From Perkinsus chesapeaki ATCC PRA-425 (lineage: Eukaryota; Protista; Perkinsozoa), in NCBI GenBank assembly GCA_013115145.1, contig JAAPAO010000024.1, positions 1 to 64,000 on the forward strand: DNA of 64,000 bases. The letters are read 5' to 3'. The notes under the pieces were generated by a model. That model made no database searches. It saw only the letters and a list, made by a program, of their open reading frames with translations, and was not told the DNA's origin. Of the stretch, positions 12,701-24,129 are shown piece by piece; positions within the stretch are counted from its first letter, which is position 1, and every line of letters starts with the position of its first letter. The position numbers and the translations under genes were made by a program.

Positions 12701-12808
12701 GAGAATCAATCCATCGATCGTGCTGCAAGAATGGCTATGGCAATTGGTGGTATTAAATCGCAACAGTTCAATAACAGCCTCGTTATTGAACCATGGTATG
12801 AAGATTAA
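9761..12808 (+). CDS. DEAH/RHA-family RNA helicase; true start upstream or unresolved
   Basis: STGSGKTTQVPQ, TQPRR, YCTEGTLL, DEVHER, MSAS, LIFLPG, LATNVAETSLTIPD, QRRGRTGR, HA2-like LARLPISP. The frame is open from 9761 with no ATG before motif I. Confidence 0.9.
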   Translation, partial: RLLTLFKIPNYADIEASRGGGVLVQSNSTTTWQHQTSGTAADGGGNARQPPVGRFAAYDPWRGRFRDHRLGDTVDKSDGHGLPRSAFSSSSTDPSQLVINQISDQLQELLKHTDVVGIHASTGSGKTTQVPQMLLDYGRRMRTTYRVLVTQPRRVATLSVAMKVRDERQRIKGDEKSVGYMVHNISSLPAHLTTVDCGSILYCTEGTLLARMGQRDGAMFNGMTHLILDEVHERSAELDILLGVMREYLSSGMKGLKVILMSASDSVADILEYLSPGSVARGSLLTVNEQLFDVQEYYLEETVKLVGFEPPAWSDMSSAANVGDRVSNWAPLAATEEDMAEEAQRAGLKNYDDDALVQKALHSPALEASRIPTELIESLLMWIINDWTDKMEAMHAKAGKSHCAVLIFLPGMGSITKMMKYLMKSSPCAATFRQHYFFIPFHRVTAGKHAGQLFRRLDNRVQGQKIKCVLATNVAETSLTIPDLRYVIDCCRQKVKMSRHQLEVWWAGRFNCLQRRGRTGRTCSGICFHLVPEKMFRFGLPDQLEPCIAREPLDSILLQSLCISQGRFMRGLDELLNFYSRLPYDPQPRRVVLTASMLREAGALDRQGLLTNRGKILARLPISPVLGCGLLCARVLFNTGTFEDAVGFWLATTLLLLMERSDMYARTDIDLIDSESGDWGDDSDDGASIATSLSRPQKLTPSEIAAEVHFGVQPQEERRESLLSDHFEQLRFEIEWEQKWLEEGQRSAQAFAGRRRLRHQALSAVWTDRDLLLEWLDGNGLVPKKHFDWLQATKNVVLKDGWAPKDLVFNHIVALEMVLAAAAGSDLCQCDAVGAFKTVDPPYKVGEVGQTVRLRLSESSILHLYPQISPDGLGYEHLQIFTYSGRTDGLWDKYDRCIGRMDCLTPMLPASLVVASTGRLRYSPGVGLYFSDRALMEDCEGLQILWRVREAFGEAMDMVAEQWLDRLDNRRDSMEGRSGFENQSIDRAARMAMAIGGIKSQQFNNSLVIEPWYED

Positions 12809-13265
12809 GGAGACAAAGGCTTCTGCTGCTTGTAGTAGTAGAAGGGGGGTTTACCTTCATTGAGATGATATTCAATAATATAGTGTGAATCCTAAGTGAT
12901 AATAATTATGATATTATAGTTTACTACTTGTTGAGTTTCTTGAAGTGGCAGGGGAGGGGGATGGCTTAATAGTACATTACCAATACGCCTACCATTAGTA
13001 ATAATGATTGTACGAATACATCCTACCTGTCATAGGGCCATAGTACAATAGATACTCCTTATCATTGGACTGCCTTTTACTGTATTATTATATCCTTTAG
13101 TTCGGCCCTTCGATTAGCTGTATGATGTTAATGTATTACGATGTATGATCAGTCCTATGTTGCTCTAGTTTTATTCTTGATGCCAAGTAATGGTATTCTC
13201 TTTACAAGATCTTATACCATCCTCCTCTCCTCGAAGCCTTCATGCTAGTTCTAGGCTACCACCAA

Positions 13266-14886
13266 TGGAGATAGATACTGCGGAGGAGGCATTATTAAGA
13301 GCATCATCACAGTAGTAAGATAGTATCATAGATAGCCATGCTGCTTTCAGGAGCGATATAGAAGGCGGTGTGGCTGCGGCTAGGGTGCATTTAATACCGG
13401 ATAATGAAGATGAGGAGGAGAGCAGCAGCGGCTGGTGGGCTGCAGCTATGTAATACGGGGGGGTGTTATGGGTAGACTCTTCATTATTGCATTTCATGTA
13501 GTAGAGGAGGGGCCAGTAACGGTACTTCAAGGCAGCCCAGTCTTGGGCTCCTGGAGAATCCATTGGGAAATATATCAGACGTTGGTTAGCTTAGCGTATC
13601 TTTATAATATAAGGAATATATGAACCATATTAACAACTTCCTATAGAGCCAGTCAGTTTTTATTATATAATGTTCAACTGGGATAATGGCAAAGTTGTCG
13701 CTGATTCCTTTACGATGCGACTTTAACGGTGACTTGTGCCGCTACTTAATCTCCTGTCGTAGTATACTACGACAGGACGGTATGCACATTCCTACTAGTA
13801 GGAATGTGCATACGATCCTTTCATAGGCTGCCATTGTATGATTGATTTTGTCTTTAGATTCAAGCGTTCAATACCATTAGTTTTTCGTCCTCCTACTTGG
13901 TACTTTGGTATAGTACTACCAGTTTTTTATATGGGCTATGCCTCGGCGGCCAGTGTTCATATGGGCAGCAATCCCAAAGAGTATTACTACTACCATCCCT
14001 CCTACTACTACTAGATTTATTAGGATATCCCCACATGCTTTCGATGCTCTATTATCGCTCTTACTGGGTGTGGGCCTGTATTCGGCAGGGAAGATAAAAG
14101 ATAGGCTTAACACAGTCAGCACTTGGCTGTTGTTCGGTCTATTCGCTACTGTAATAAAGTATAACCCCCCTATGCGTCCTATGCCCCCTTCAGTTGAGTA
14201 CCGTATCATGCACACTTTTCCAAGAGATAGTCGGCACTCGTATGACCCTATCATTGAAGAGTATAACCCATTGGAGGCTGCTACAGTGGATAGCTGCTAC
14301 CATACTATCATCCGCTGTAGTGTGGTGTCTCTGGCTTCATGTAGTAACATGCCACATTAGCCAAGGCATTCCTCTTATTGCAGGTACTATTTGCCATTCG
14401 TGGCCGATATCTAGCACAGTTCATAGTAGCCGTTACAGGGGCATTTATAGCAATTGTAATATTACCCTACTTACCCCTCTTAACACCCCCCCCTATCAGA
14501 CCTTTTTAACACTTGTAGCCGAGCCGACATCAGACGGGCTCCACCTTCATCATTGGTTCACTGCATATCTGATGGCTATGATGTAAGCTCCTTCTTTCCC
14601 TTGCACCTATGTGGTGCATCGCTCCGCTTTTTTTAGTTGTCGTGAACCTAAGAGCCGCATAAGCTTCGCCTGGCAGTCCCTCTTTGTTGGTATATGGCTG
14701 CATGGCGCCAGCGTTTGGGGGGTAATAGCTATTATCCTTTCGTCTCCACAGCTGCTGTTTCTTTCCCTTCAGATTGACAGTATGTGGAATAAGCGTCCTC
14801 CTTGGCCGCCGTGGTCTGCTGTTACGAACAGTACGGCCCTCCCATTGCCAAGCCTTCATCATAATGCAAATTCTCTGTTCGTTTAG
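13266..14886 (+). CDS. Hypothetical multi-exon membrane protein with an LHLHHW motif
   Basis: Plausible exons with GT-AG boundaries, hydrophobic stretches, and DGLHLHHWFTAYLMAM..CREPKSRISF..GIWLHGASVWG. Boundaries are uncertain. Confidence 0.4.
13752..13813. repeat. Two adjacent perfect palindromes (26 bp and 34 bp)
   Basis: TCCTGTCGTAGTA|TACTACGACAGGA (13752-13777) and GTATGCACATTCCTACT|AGTAGGAATGTGCATAC (13780-13813). Confidence 0.95.
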
Positions 14887-15430
14887 TAAACTATTGCTGG
14901 ACTTACACGTTGACGAGCTACTTTTTTGTAACCTACTAGCACTAATCTTCATACCGTATTCGTCTTTTGTTAAGTTGAAATTAATATATTCCCTTTTAGT
15001 TCGGTAACAGTACTTCTCCTCCGTTACTGAGGTTGCTTCTATGACTTCAATATTCTCCCGTAAGAACCTTGAGTCCATGTCTCGAGGACTCGAGCAGGCC
15101 AGTCGCTTCATGCATGTAAGCATTCTGAATATGGCTTCTTATGTGGCTCGTTACACTCTAGGGGCATGTGTTAATCATTATGTCGTATTATCATTGTCCG
15201 TCGGAAATGTTGATATTACCCTTTGAAGGGTATCATTAAGTATGCTAACGCTGTCTTATTATCCACTGTACTGAGGTACACTACTCCACACTTTAAGGGG
15301 CAAAGGAGTGGTTTAATAGTATATACTATTGTGTAGTATGTGACGGTAGAGCTACTGTATTGCCTTTCATTACCAAAACTCCGCCTGTTGGTTCCTTATC
15401 CAATAGCCTCTTCGTTTTAGGATAAAGTAC

Positions 15431-17117
15431 GTGAAGCAGTATCAGGTGACGCAGTTCCTCGTCGAGGTAATAGCCAATGCTTTACCTTACATACTTTCGT
15501 ATCACCTTTAGATTCTCAATATGGTGCTGGAGAGTTTGCCGCTTCGTCATCGTCCACATTCGTACATTATTTGGTTGTTGATTCTGACCGTGAAGGTCCC
15601 ATGGACAAGTACAATATGTAAGCTCTTTCGGTCGTCCTTTTTGTTCATGTCGTCTCCCACATAGGTTCGTAATGCCTTGCGAGTCCTTCGATCTCACCGT
15701 TGGTGCTGTTAAGGACAGCTTCCCAGTCAATCCGGCCTTCTTCCGGTCCGAGGCATTCGCCTTCCGTTTCCGGTGCAATGATGAGCATTTTGATGATTAT
15801 GTTTGGTTGGACATGACCGATGAGTTCAACAACATTCGTCCACCGATGTAGGTCTGTCGAACAGCATCTTCTTACTAAGAAGATGTAGGTGACTACTGTA
15901 GGTCTGTACGATAAAACTCCTAAGAAGCTCTTAGCGGTTTTATCGTACAGTAACGACTGCTGCCTATCGTACTTTCCCGTGAAGCTGGCGCAGGTGTAGC
16001 TTAGGTACCGCGGCGATGTCTGGGTGAAGGCACTCCCAGTCAAACCTTATCGGCTGCCCGAGGACGACTTTTACTATGAAGAAGATCCACGGGTAGGAAT
16101 GCGTAAGTTTACTGAGTATCATGTGACTTGACAGGTTGAAGCTGCTGTAGTTGCTTATAGGGAACGATATAGCGCGCAGTCGACACCAGAGCATCGGCCG
16201 AAGAGGAAAGCTGCACCACATTCAAGTAGAGCATTTCTGGCTCATAGCAGAACACCGGATCATTGTTAGGGCCTAACTCGATGCCTCCAAGTAGTGGCAG
16301 CCATCAGCCTCGGCCAGCAGCCGGTGCAGATTTAATGGACCTTGGGGGGAACAGCGGCGGTCATGCTAACCATCGAACAGGTGAGTGCTTGGGCCACAAG
16401 ACTTGGTCGTACGGCGTCCTCTTAGTGTCCAATCCACCCTTGAGCTCGAGTTCATATTCTGGAATTGCCGGACGGGGAGTAACTGCCACTGCGACACCAC
16501 AAGTGAGAGCAGAGGACCTTGATAGGGAGGCGCTGAAGGCGGCCAGGCTCAAGGCAAAGGAGGAACGGATACGTGCCAAGCACGTATGTGTAGCGGTTCC
16601 GCGTTCTGAGTTGTGTATGGACTTAGCAGGAGGAGTTTACAGCACGGCAACGTGAGGAGGCAAATAAAAGAGAAGCCAAACTCGAGGCGCAGACTAGGCT
16701 AGCTGATGAGCTCGACCATTGGGCTTATACCGAACAGGTTGGCCAAGTGACCGATATGACCGATGAAATCAACTCGTTCGCTTCCTCAGGGGCAGCCAAA
16801 GGATATCCGTACGCTCCTGGCAAACATGGATGAAGTTCTATGGCCAAACTCGGGCTGGACTTCAGTCAGCGCGGGTAGGCTCGAGTCGGCCTGTCGTTTG
16901 AGAGTATGTATCTCAGGCGAATTGATGGTGAATACTGCGGCCGTTAAGAAGGCGTATAGAAAAGCAATCATTCTTTGCCATCCAGACAGGTGAGCGATAA
17001 TTGAGTCTCGATGTTTATGGCTTCTGATGTGCCAGACATCAAAGTGCCTCTGCAGATGAGCAGTACAGGGCGGATAGGATTTTCAACGCCCTCAACGAGG
17101 CCTTTAAGCGTCAGTAG
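15431..17117 (+). CDS. DIX-domain plus C-terminal auxilin-type J-domain protein (multi-exon; start unresolved)
   Basis: Spliced N-terminal part TFVHYLVVDSD..LTVGAVKDSFP..FAFRFRC..YVWLD..PPMYRGDVWVKALPV (DIX-like). C-terminal part KDIRTLLANMDEVLWPNSGW..VKKAYRKAIILCHPDR..IFNALNEAFKRQ*. Confidence 0.8.
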
Positions 17118-17274
17118 ATAGCCTGTTTACTTATTTCTATGTATCTGATATCGCCACTGTGTACATATGATGTTTTGAGTTGTAAGTAACCAGCTGTAGC
17201 TCCTGCAAGTAACGCAGTCCATTGCAAAGCAGTGCGCGGGCCGCAGAAACTGCTTTCCGTCGAGTCGATAAGAA

Positions 17275-17346
17275 TGGACGTGCCGGGAATTGAACCCGGG
17301 TCCTTCTGCATGCGAAGCAGACGTGATACCCCTACACCACACGCCC
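17275..17346 (-). tRNA. tRNA-Ala (anticodon CGC)
   Basis: GGGCGTG acceptor pairs with CACGTCC; anticodon arm TCTGC-TTCGCAT-GCAGA; T-arm CCGGG-TTCAATT-CCCGG; 72 nt. Confidence 0.96.
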
Positions 17347-17599
17347 TGTGAGTAACTCGGTATTCCGGAAGGGCTCGAGGACTAGCGGATGAACCTCTCC
17401 AGCAGGTGATCAGAATGTCTTGTCTGCCGAAGTTTTCGGCCCCAAAATATAAATCCATCCGCGCATCCTTTTGAGTGATGTCTAGTCGAAGAAGGATCAA
17501 CTACATGACTTGCGATTGGTGCTAGTAGCGAAGTAGTTCGATGCAGGCCACGACGGTCATACCGCAGTGATTTCTCTGAAGCTGTATTAGCTCCGTCAG

Positions 17600-19307
17600 C
17601 TACATTCCCGATTTCACCAGTCTATTTCTGCGCCTATAGTTGTGGCACATGCCACCATTCGTGCGGCCGAGACTCATGACTGAGCTTTTCCTGTGGGAAC
17701 TTCGGTCACGATTATCAATTGATTTCATATGCCTTCTGCAAGACACGCTACGAAGAGGTCCATTGGTGCTTCGTCCGCTCAGAAGTTTATAACGGCAGCT
17801 CACTAGTAGCCAGCTTTCATATTAACAGCGTGCAATTTGCGTCTTCATAATCCTCAGCTTCGTTGTGGAGTATTTCAAGGATAACACTTCTGAAGTCAAA
17901 CGCGGGGATCATTCAAGAAACAACCATCACAGAAACACATTAGTATTGTGTATCAATTTCATGTCGCCAATCAAGCACGAAATCAACAGAAAAGGGGAAA
18001 CAATCAACCTGGCTCTCCAGCGATCTCCTGAACGTTGCGAGGGCGTCGCTGGAGTCCGCCGCACAGGCAGCGTACATGGCTGCGAGGACCTGCTCCAAAA
18101 AGTGTGCACAGATAAACTGGAGGCTTAGGTGTTACCCTTCGTTCCATTCCGCTCTGCGAGAATACGTTGATGACCATTCGTCCACTGGGGTCTTCATCTT
18201 CGGAGATGGCTTCCCGAATTAAGGGTATTGCATTAAGTGTCCGCAGAATATGTAGCGGCATTGCCTCCAGAAGCTGCTCTTTGTCGAAACAGAGTAAGGC
18301 CCTATGGACAGGTCACATCGCAATTTCAGAGAGGGCTTTACCTCATTAGAGTAGCCGGACTGCTGCGTTCTAGCAACTGAGTGTCGATTCTTCCGAGAAC
18401 CTTAGCGAGCTGCGTCTCATTGAGGAGGAGGCAAGCAGGTGATGAATGAATTAATGTCAATATTAATTGGACCTCGAACCTCTGAGTGATCGATGGCCGC
18501 GACAATATAGCAACTAAGCCCATCAAGTAGGATAATGCTCCTCCGTCTGCCGTAGCTACCTCTACATCGCTGATCCACCGCTACATCATGGATATCCAGT
18601 CGCCTAAGTGATCTGGCCAACAGTGCCTTCTGCTGCCATGCACCATTAACCGCATGTTCAACGGCCGAACCAATGCTTGCCATGGCCGTCCGCTGTAGGG
18701 AGTCAGAATAGTAAGTTGCAATTCTCGCTAAGATTTGTAAAGGAGGTTGGACTGACTTTATCGCTTCTGCCATAGGTTGCCAAATGGTATCCACGAATGA
18801 CTGCAAGCACTCTATCCTAAGGGCAGGCGGCAATGGCGGGGAAAGGTTGAGCGTGCATTTCACTACTGATCAGGATCCACTATCCTAGATCTGGTCATCC
18901 TTTGCTCTAACATACCAATACATCTCGCTGTCTTTGTAAGGCTTGTGAGGTCCGGAGCATTACTAAGCTCTCTCACTGCCTCCTGACATAGTTCGACCAA
19001 CTCTTTGGAAGTGTGTCTGCAAAAAGCAGACAGTAAATCGACATGAGCGTCCTAGGTCGACGAGACCTTTTGGAAATTTTCCCAACTTGTGTGATTGTCC
19101 CGCCTGTTTTACTGGTCTACCAGCTCACGCATGGCTATAGTTGAGCAGTTTCATACATTCTTCATTCGAACATTTTATAATAATACGATCCACTATGATG
19201 ATGAATTCCGAAATGGCTGCGTCCATAATCATCGTTGTCTTCAGCGACTGGCTGCTTCTACTACAGTACATGACGAGGTTCATCCGATAAAGTAGACTAT
19301 GAGCCAC
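17600..19307 (-). CDS. Hypothetical multi-exon protein
   Basis: Several minus-strand ORF pieces (18417-18863 is the longest) separated by GT-AG intron-like segments; no family recognised. Confidence 0.3.
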
Positions 19308-19720
19308 TATATGGGTGGATAGGACAACACTACCAACGAGTTCACGAGAAGGTTTATCGATTTAACACAGATGACACTGTGTTCTTCATAATGATATTCC
19401 CCTAGACTCCACCATAGATCCAAAAACCCTATCTACCTGCATATAAATAATCTTTTAGCAGGTAGTGTCTCTTCACTAACTGCAGCGACAAGCCTTGCCA
19501 AGGCTGGTCGTGTGGCTGACGTGGCAACGTGAGGATTCAACATTGCGCCGATGTCGATGGAACAACCGTAGCTAAATCGGGCCAAATCGATCAAATTTGC
19601 GCAGCTCAAAAATCCGTTATATGCACGCGTGGGGGTTTTCTCGAGAGTCGCATTCTCCCCAGAGTGGTTCCTAATTAAGCTATCCTATCTTGTCGTTTAC
19701 CCATCCTAGTGTGGTATAAG

Positions 19721-19850
19721 GTGAGCCTCCTTGTATTGAACTTCCGCTGTGAAATCGATACCATTTTTTACAATTTTCTCCGGCGCGTTTCACTAGCGTT
19801 AGATCATGTGTCTTCCTCTCTGTGGATGAATTGTATCTGTTGGTGTTCAG
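19721..19850 (+). other. Putative 5'UTR intron or trans-splice acceptor region of EF2
   Basis: GTGAGC donor at 19721 and CAG at 19848-19850, 22 nt before the ATG. Confidence 0.45.
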
Positions 19851-19872
19851 TTCCAAAGGACCTCTTGCCAAA

Positions 19873-22389
19873 ATGCCGAACTTCACAGTGGAGGAGATGC
19901 GCGCGGCCATGGATGAGCCTCTATACATCCGTAACATGAGTGTCATTGCTCATGTTGATCACGGCAAGTCTACTCTTACCGATTCTCTTATCTGCCGTGC
20001 TGGTATTATCTCTGCCAAGGCTGCCGGTGATGCTCGTTTCACTGATACCCGTGCTGATGAGCAGGAACGTGGTGTGACCATCAAGTCCACTGGTGTCTCT
20101 CTGTATTACGAGTACAAGGCCGAAGATCAAGAGAAGGAGCATGGTTATCTTATTAACCTTATCGATTCACCCGGTCACGTTGATTTCTCATCTGAGGTTA
20201 CTGCTGCCCTTCGTGTCACTGATGGTGCTTTGGTTGTTGTTGATTGTATCGAGGGTACCGCTGTCCAGACTGAGACCGTCCTTCGTCAGGCTTTGAGTGA
20301 GAGGGTCAGACCCGTACTCTTCATGAATAAGGTTGATAGATGCATCTTAGAGTTGCAGATGGAGCCTGAGGAGATGTACGTCAACTTCCGTAAGTGCATT
20401 GAGGATGTCAACGTTATCATTGCCACCTATAACGATGAGCTCATGGGCGATTGCCAGGTCTATCCCGAGAAAGGCACCGTCGCCTTCGGTTCTGGTCTCC
20501 ACGGTTGGGCCTTCTCTATCGAGAGATTCGCTGATATGTACGCCTCCAAGTTTGGTGTCCCTAAGTCTAAGATGATGAAGCGTCTCTGGGGCGATACCTT
20601 CTTCAACGCTAAGAAGCACGCTTGGACTAACGTTGCTGAGCCCGCTGGTCATACTGGCAAGCCTCTTCCCCGTGCCTTCTGCCAGTTCATCATTGAGCCC
20701 ATTGTCAACCTTATCCGTGCCATCATGAACGATGACAAGGCTAAGTACGAGAAGATGCTGAAGTCTCTTAACATCACTCTTAAGGGTGATGATAAGCTTC
20801 TTACTGGCAAGCCTTTGATGAAGAGAGTTATGCAGACTTGGTTGCCTGCTGCTGATACTCTTCTGGCTATGATCGTTGATCACTTGCCCAGTCCCGTATT
20901 TGCTCAGAAGTATCGTGTTGAGAACCTTTACGAGGGTCCTATGGATGATGCTGCTGCCAACGCCATCCGTGCCTGTGATCCTAAGGGTCCCCTTATGATG
21001 TACATCTCTAAGATGGTTCCCACTTCTGATAAGGGTAGATTCTATGCTTTCGGTCGTGTATTCTCTGGTACTATTGCTACTGGTAAGAAGGTCCGTATCC
21101 AGGGACCTCATTACGTCCCTGGCTCCAAGGATGACTTGAACATCAAGAACATCCAGCGTACCGTTCTTATGATGGGTCGTTACGTCGAGCAGGTCTCTGA
21201 TGTCCCTTGCGGTAACACTTGCGCTTTGGTCGGTGTCGATCAGTACTTGCTCAAGTCTGGTACCATTACTGATATCCCTGATGCTCATAACATCGCCGAT
21301 ATGAAGTACTCTGTGTCCCCTGTCGTCCGTGTTGCCGTGAAGCCCAAGGATGGTAAGGATCTTCCTAAGCTTGTTGAGGGTCTCAAGAAGCTTTCCAAGT
21401 CCGATCCTCTTGTTGTCTGCACCACTGAGGAGTCTGGTGAGCATATCATTGCCGGTTGCGGTGAATTGCATGTTGAGATCTGCCTTAAGGATCTTAAGGA
21501 TGAGTATGCCCAGTGCGACTTCACTGTCTCTGATCCCGTTGTCTCCTACAGAGAGACTGTTACCACTACATCCTCTCAGACTGCTCTCGCCAAGTCCCCC
21601 AACAAGCATAACCGTTTGTTCGTGACTGCCGAGCCTCTTGGTGATGAGGTTAGTGCTGAGATCGAGAGCGGCAAGTTGGGTCCTCGTGTTGATCCTAAGG
21701 AGCGCGCTAAGGAGCTCGCTGAGAAGTACGACTGGGACATCAACGCCGCCCGTAAGATCTGGTGCTTCGGTCCCGAGACTGAGGGAGCTAACGTTGTTGT
21801 TGATGTGACCCAGGGTGTCCAGTATCTTAATGAGATTAAGGAGCACGTTAACTCCGCCTTCCAGTGGGCTTCTAAGGAGGGTCCTCTTTGCGAAGAGAAC
21901 ATGCGTGGTATTCGCTTCAACCTCCAGGATGTCACTTTGCATACTGATGCTATCCATCGTGGTGCTGGTCAGATTATGCCTGCTACTCGTCGTGTCTGCT
22001 TCGCTGCTGAGTTGCTTTCCGGTCCTGCTCTCCAGGAGCCTGTCTTCCTCTGCGAGATTACCGCTCCTAACGAGGCCATGTCCGGTATCTACAACGTTCT
22101 CACCATGCGTCGTGGTTGCGTGTTCGAGGAGAACCAGAAGGAGGGCACCCCTCTTCTTCAGCTCAAGGCCTACTTGCCCGTCTCTGAGTCATTCGGTTTC
22201 ACTGGTGCTCTTCGCCAGGCTACCTCTGGTCAAGCCTTCCCTCAATGCGTGTTCGATCACTGGGAGGCTCTTCCTGGTGACCCGATGCAGGATGGCTCTA
22301 AGGCCCAGGAGCTTGTCCTTAACATCCGTAAGCGCAAGAACATCAAGGTTGAGATGCCCGACTTGTCCAACTACTTGGATAAGCTTTAA
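19873..22389 (+). CDS. EEF2: Eukaryotic translation elongation factor 2 (838 aa, intronless)
   Basis: [56 protein letters not shown] diphthamide loop, [12 protein letters not shown] at 19873; strong codon bias. Confidence 0.99.
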   Translation: MPNFTVEEMRAAMDEPLYIRNMSVIAHVDHGKSTLTDSLICRAGIISAKAAGDARFTDTRADEQERGVTIKSTGVSLYYEYKAEDQEKEHGYLINLIDSPGHVDFSSEVTAALRVTDGALVVVDCIEGTAVQTETVLRQALSERVRPVLFMNKVDRCILELQMEPEEMYVNFRKCIEDVNVIIATYNDELMGDCQVYPEKGTVAFGSGLHGWAFSIERFADMYASKFGVPKSKMMKRLWGDTFFNAKKHAWTNVAEPAGHTGKPLPRAFCQFIIEPIVNLIRAIMNDDKAKYEKMLKSLNITLKGDDKLLTGKPLMKRVMQTWLPAADTLLAMIVDHLPSPVFAQKYRVENLYEGPMDDAAANAIRACDPKGPLMMYISKMVPTSDKGRFYAFGRVFSGTIATGKKVRIQGPHYVPGSKDDLNIKNIQRTVLMMGRYVEQVSDVPCGNTCALVGVDQYLLKSGTITDIPDAHNIADMKYSVSPVVRVAVKPKDGKDLPKLVEGLKKLSKSDPLVVCTTEESGEHIIAGCGELHVEICLKDLKDEYAQCDFTVSDPVVSYRETVTTTSSQTALAKSPNKHNRLFVTAEPLGDEVSAEIESGKLGPRVDPKERAKELAEKYDWDINAARKIWCFGPETEGANVVVDVTQGVQYLNEIKEHVNSAFQWASKEGPLCEENMRGIRFNLQDVTLHTDAIHRGAGQIMPATRRVCFAAELLSGPALQEPVFLCEITAPNEAMSGIYNVLTMRRGCVFEENQKEGTPLLQLKAYLPVSESFGFTGALRQATSGQAFPQCVFDHWEALPGDPMQDGSKAQELVLNIRKRKNIKVEMPDLSNYLDKL

Positions 22390-23148
22390 GCTGCAGCTTC
22401 AATCCCAACGATTTCAATGTTGCTGCTATTACTACTGGTGGTGTAGTTGGATGATGATTATGATTATACTGTTGTTGCTTAAAGATCTTCCATCCTTGTT
22501 GAATTCTAGCCTCTGATGATAGTCATTTGTTATCAGTGTCGTCGTCTTTGTGGTGGTGAAGGAGGTTGATGATAAAATTGTTATTATTAAATGAGGTGTT
22601 ATGAATCAACAAGTATTTTCATGGATCATTATCAGCAGCATTAGTCTATCATTATTACATTACTAACAACACGACGATTGGCCTAAACTTGGAACTTAGT
22701 TTACCTGATGCTACGAACATTTAAATGTTGTGTTGAATAGTAGTAACAAACATAATTACCAATACTTTACCAATTTATTTATATCAACGGTTGCAGCAAT
22801 AGAGGATATTGTTAATACCTCTGTACGTTATCTATTGACCGTGTTTATATAAGGTTATTATTAGTCTCTTGGATACTATAACACAACAAGGTCCAGCAGT
22901 GGCAGCAGCAGCAAGAGTCACAAGTTAAATGATACGGTGATTGTCACAATATAAAACAGGGGCATAATGAATTGTCTAGCAAAAATGGTATCATGCTATT
23001 ACAGTAGCATATTGTCAATAATAATAGTAATAAGAGTTATAATGCCACTGATGATTATGGTAATTGCGATAGTGTCGTCCACCACCACCACCTTTACCCT
23101 TTCCTTTGCCTCTCCGTCGAGATGGCTTACCAGATGAGGTTTTATCAT

Positions 23149-23806
23149 CTAACACAAGTAACAATGAAAGCCACTGCTGCACTCTTCACGATAGGACCTA
23201 CCCTCATCTCCCAGATCTTGTGATGGTCGTTGACCTCTATCGCTTTTGAGCTTGCTCACTGGCAACTTCCTACTGGAGACTACTCTTGATCCAGCGCTAT
23301 CTCTCAGAGATGCATCTGATGACGCTGTTGTCTCCGGTGCTGCGGATGGCTCCGGAGCTTGAGATGGTGCAGATGATTCCTTGGGCGATGCCTCAGGAAT
23401 TGGGGACCTTGGTCCAGATGAAGCCGGAGGGGAGTGAGAAGTGCTGTCCGTTGTGGAATGCGGGCGCGCTAATATCCGAACCTGCACAAGAAATAATAAT
23501 AAATTAATAATAGACTATTCTTACATGTCCCATTTTAGGGCTAAACACTGGGCTGTTTCGAGAGGCTATAATCTCCTTAGCCAACTTCGAATCGGGAAGT
23601 GTCTCCTCTATAGGAGCATCCCATAGCTCTGCCAGAGTCTCGCCCGATAGCCGAGGACCCAGATCAGGGGTTTCCAACGTCGTCGATTCTTCACGGTTAC
23701 GTGGAGGGTGGGGTAAAATGCGCACGTTTTCGCGTGGAACAAATTTGGGAGCCTCGCAGACTGGCTGCTCTTGATAGGCTGAGGGTGGTGATGGTCGTGA
23801 TGCCAT
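23149..23806 (-). CDS. Hypothetical Pro/Ser-rich protein (at least 2 exons)
   Basis: ORFs 23504-23806 (ATG) and 23149-23487 are joinable across an AT-rich intron. Confidence 0.45.
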
Positions 23807-24129
23807 TCTTGATGCCAGACTCTAAAATAATGATATATTTTGATAAGTGTTGATGTAACTGACCTGTGATGGTAGAGGTGTTGGACACAAGTGTGGCAAA
23901 GTACGACCCATGTCGGCTAGGCCGACAGTTATACTTCCGGAATGCTTTCTCGATTGTCGAGGGGCCATTGGGTAAGAATAGTTGCTGTAATGAGGAGGTA
24001 TATTTGATAGAAACCAAAAACAATCATTATGACGAAAACCAAACTAATGCCAACAAACCACCAGCACCGTCATGTACTTCTTCTTCTTGGATTCAAAAAT
24101 GTATCCACACTTTACTCCATTGAAGATTA

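Noticed and set aside
14530-16221. Minus-strand ORFs 14530-15123, 15482-15778, 15645-16043 and 15964-16221
   Set aside because: They are antisense to plus-strand exons of the membrane protein and the DIX/J gene, which have clear splice signals and motifs.
19859-19875. Possible relic spliced leader before the EF2 ATG (GACCTCTTGCCAAAATG)
   Set aside because: Similarity to CCATCTTGGCTCAAG is too weak.
20347-21957. 536-aa antisense ORF and 233-aa alternate-frame ORF over EF2
   Set aside because: Shadow ORFs produced by EF2's strong codon bias; no recognisable protein features.
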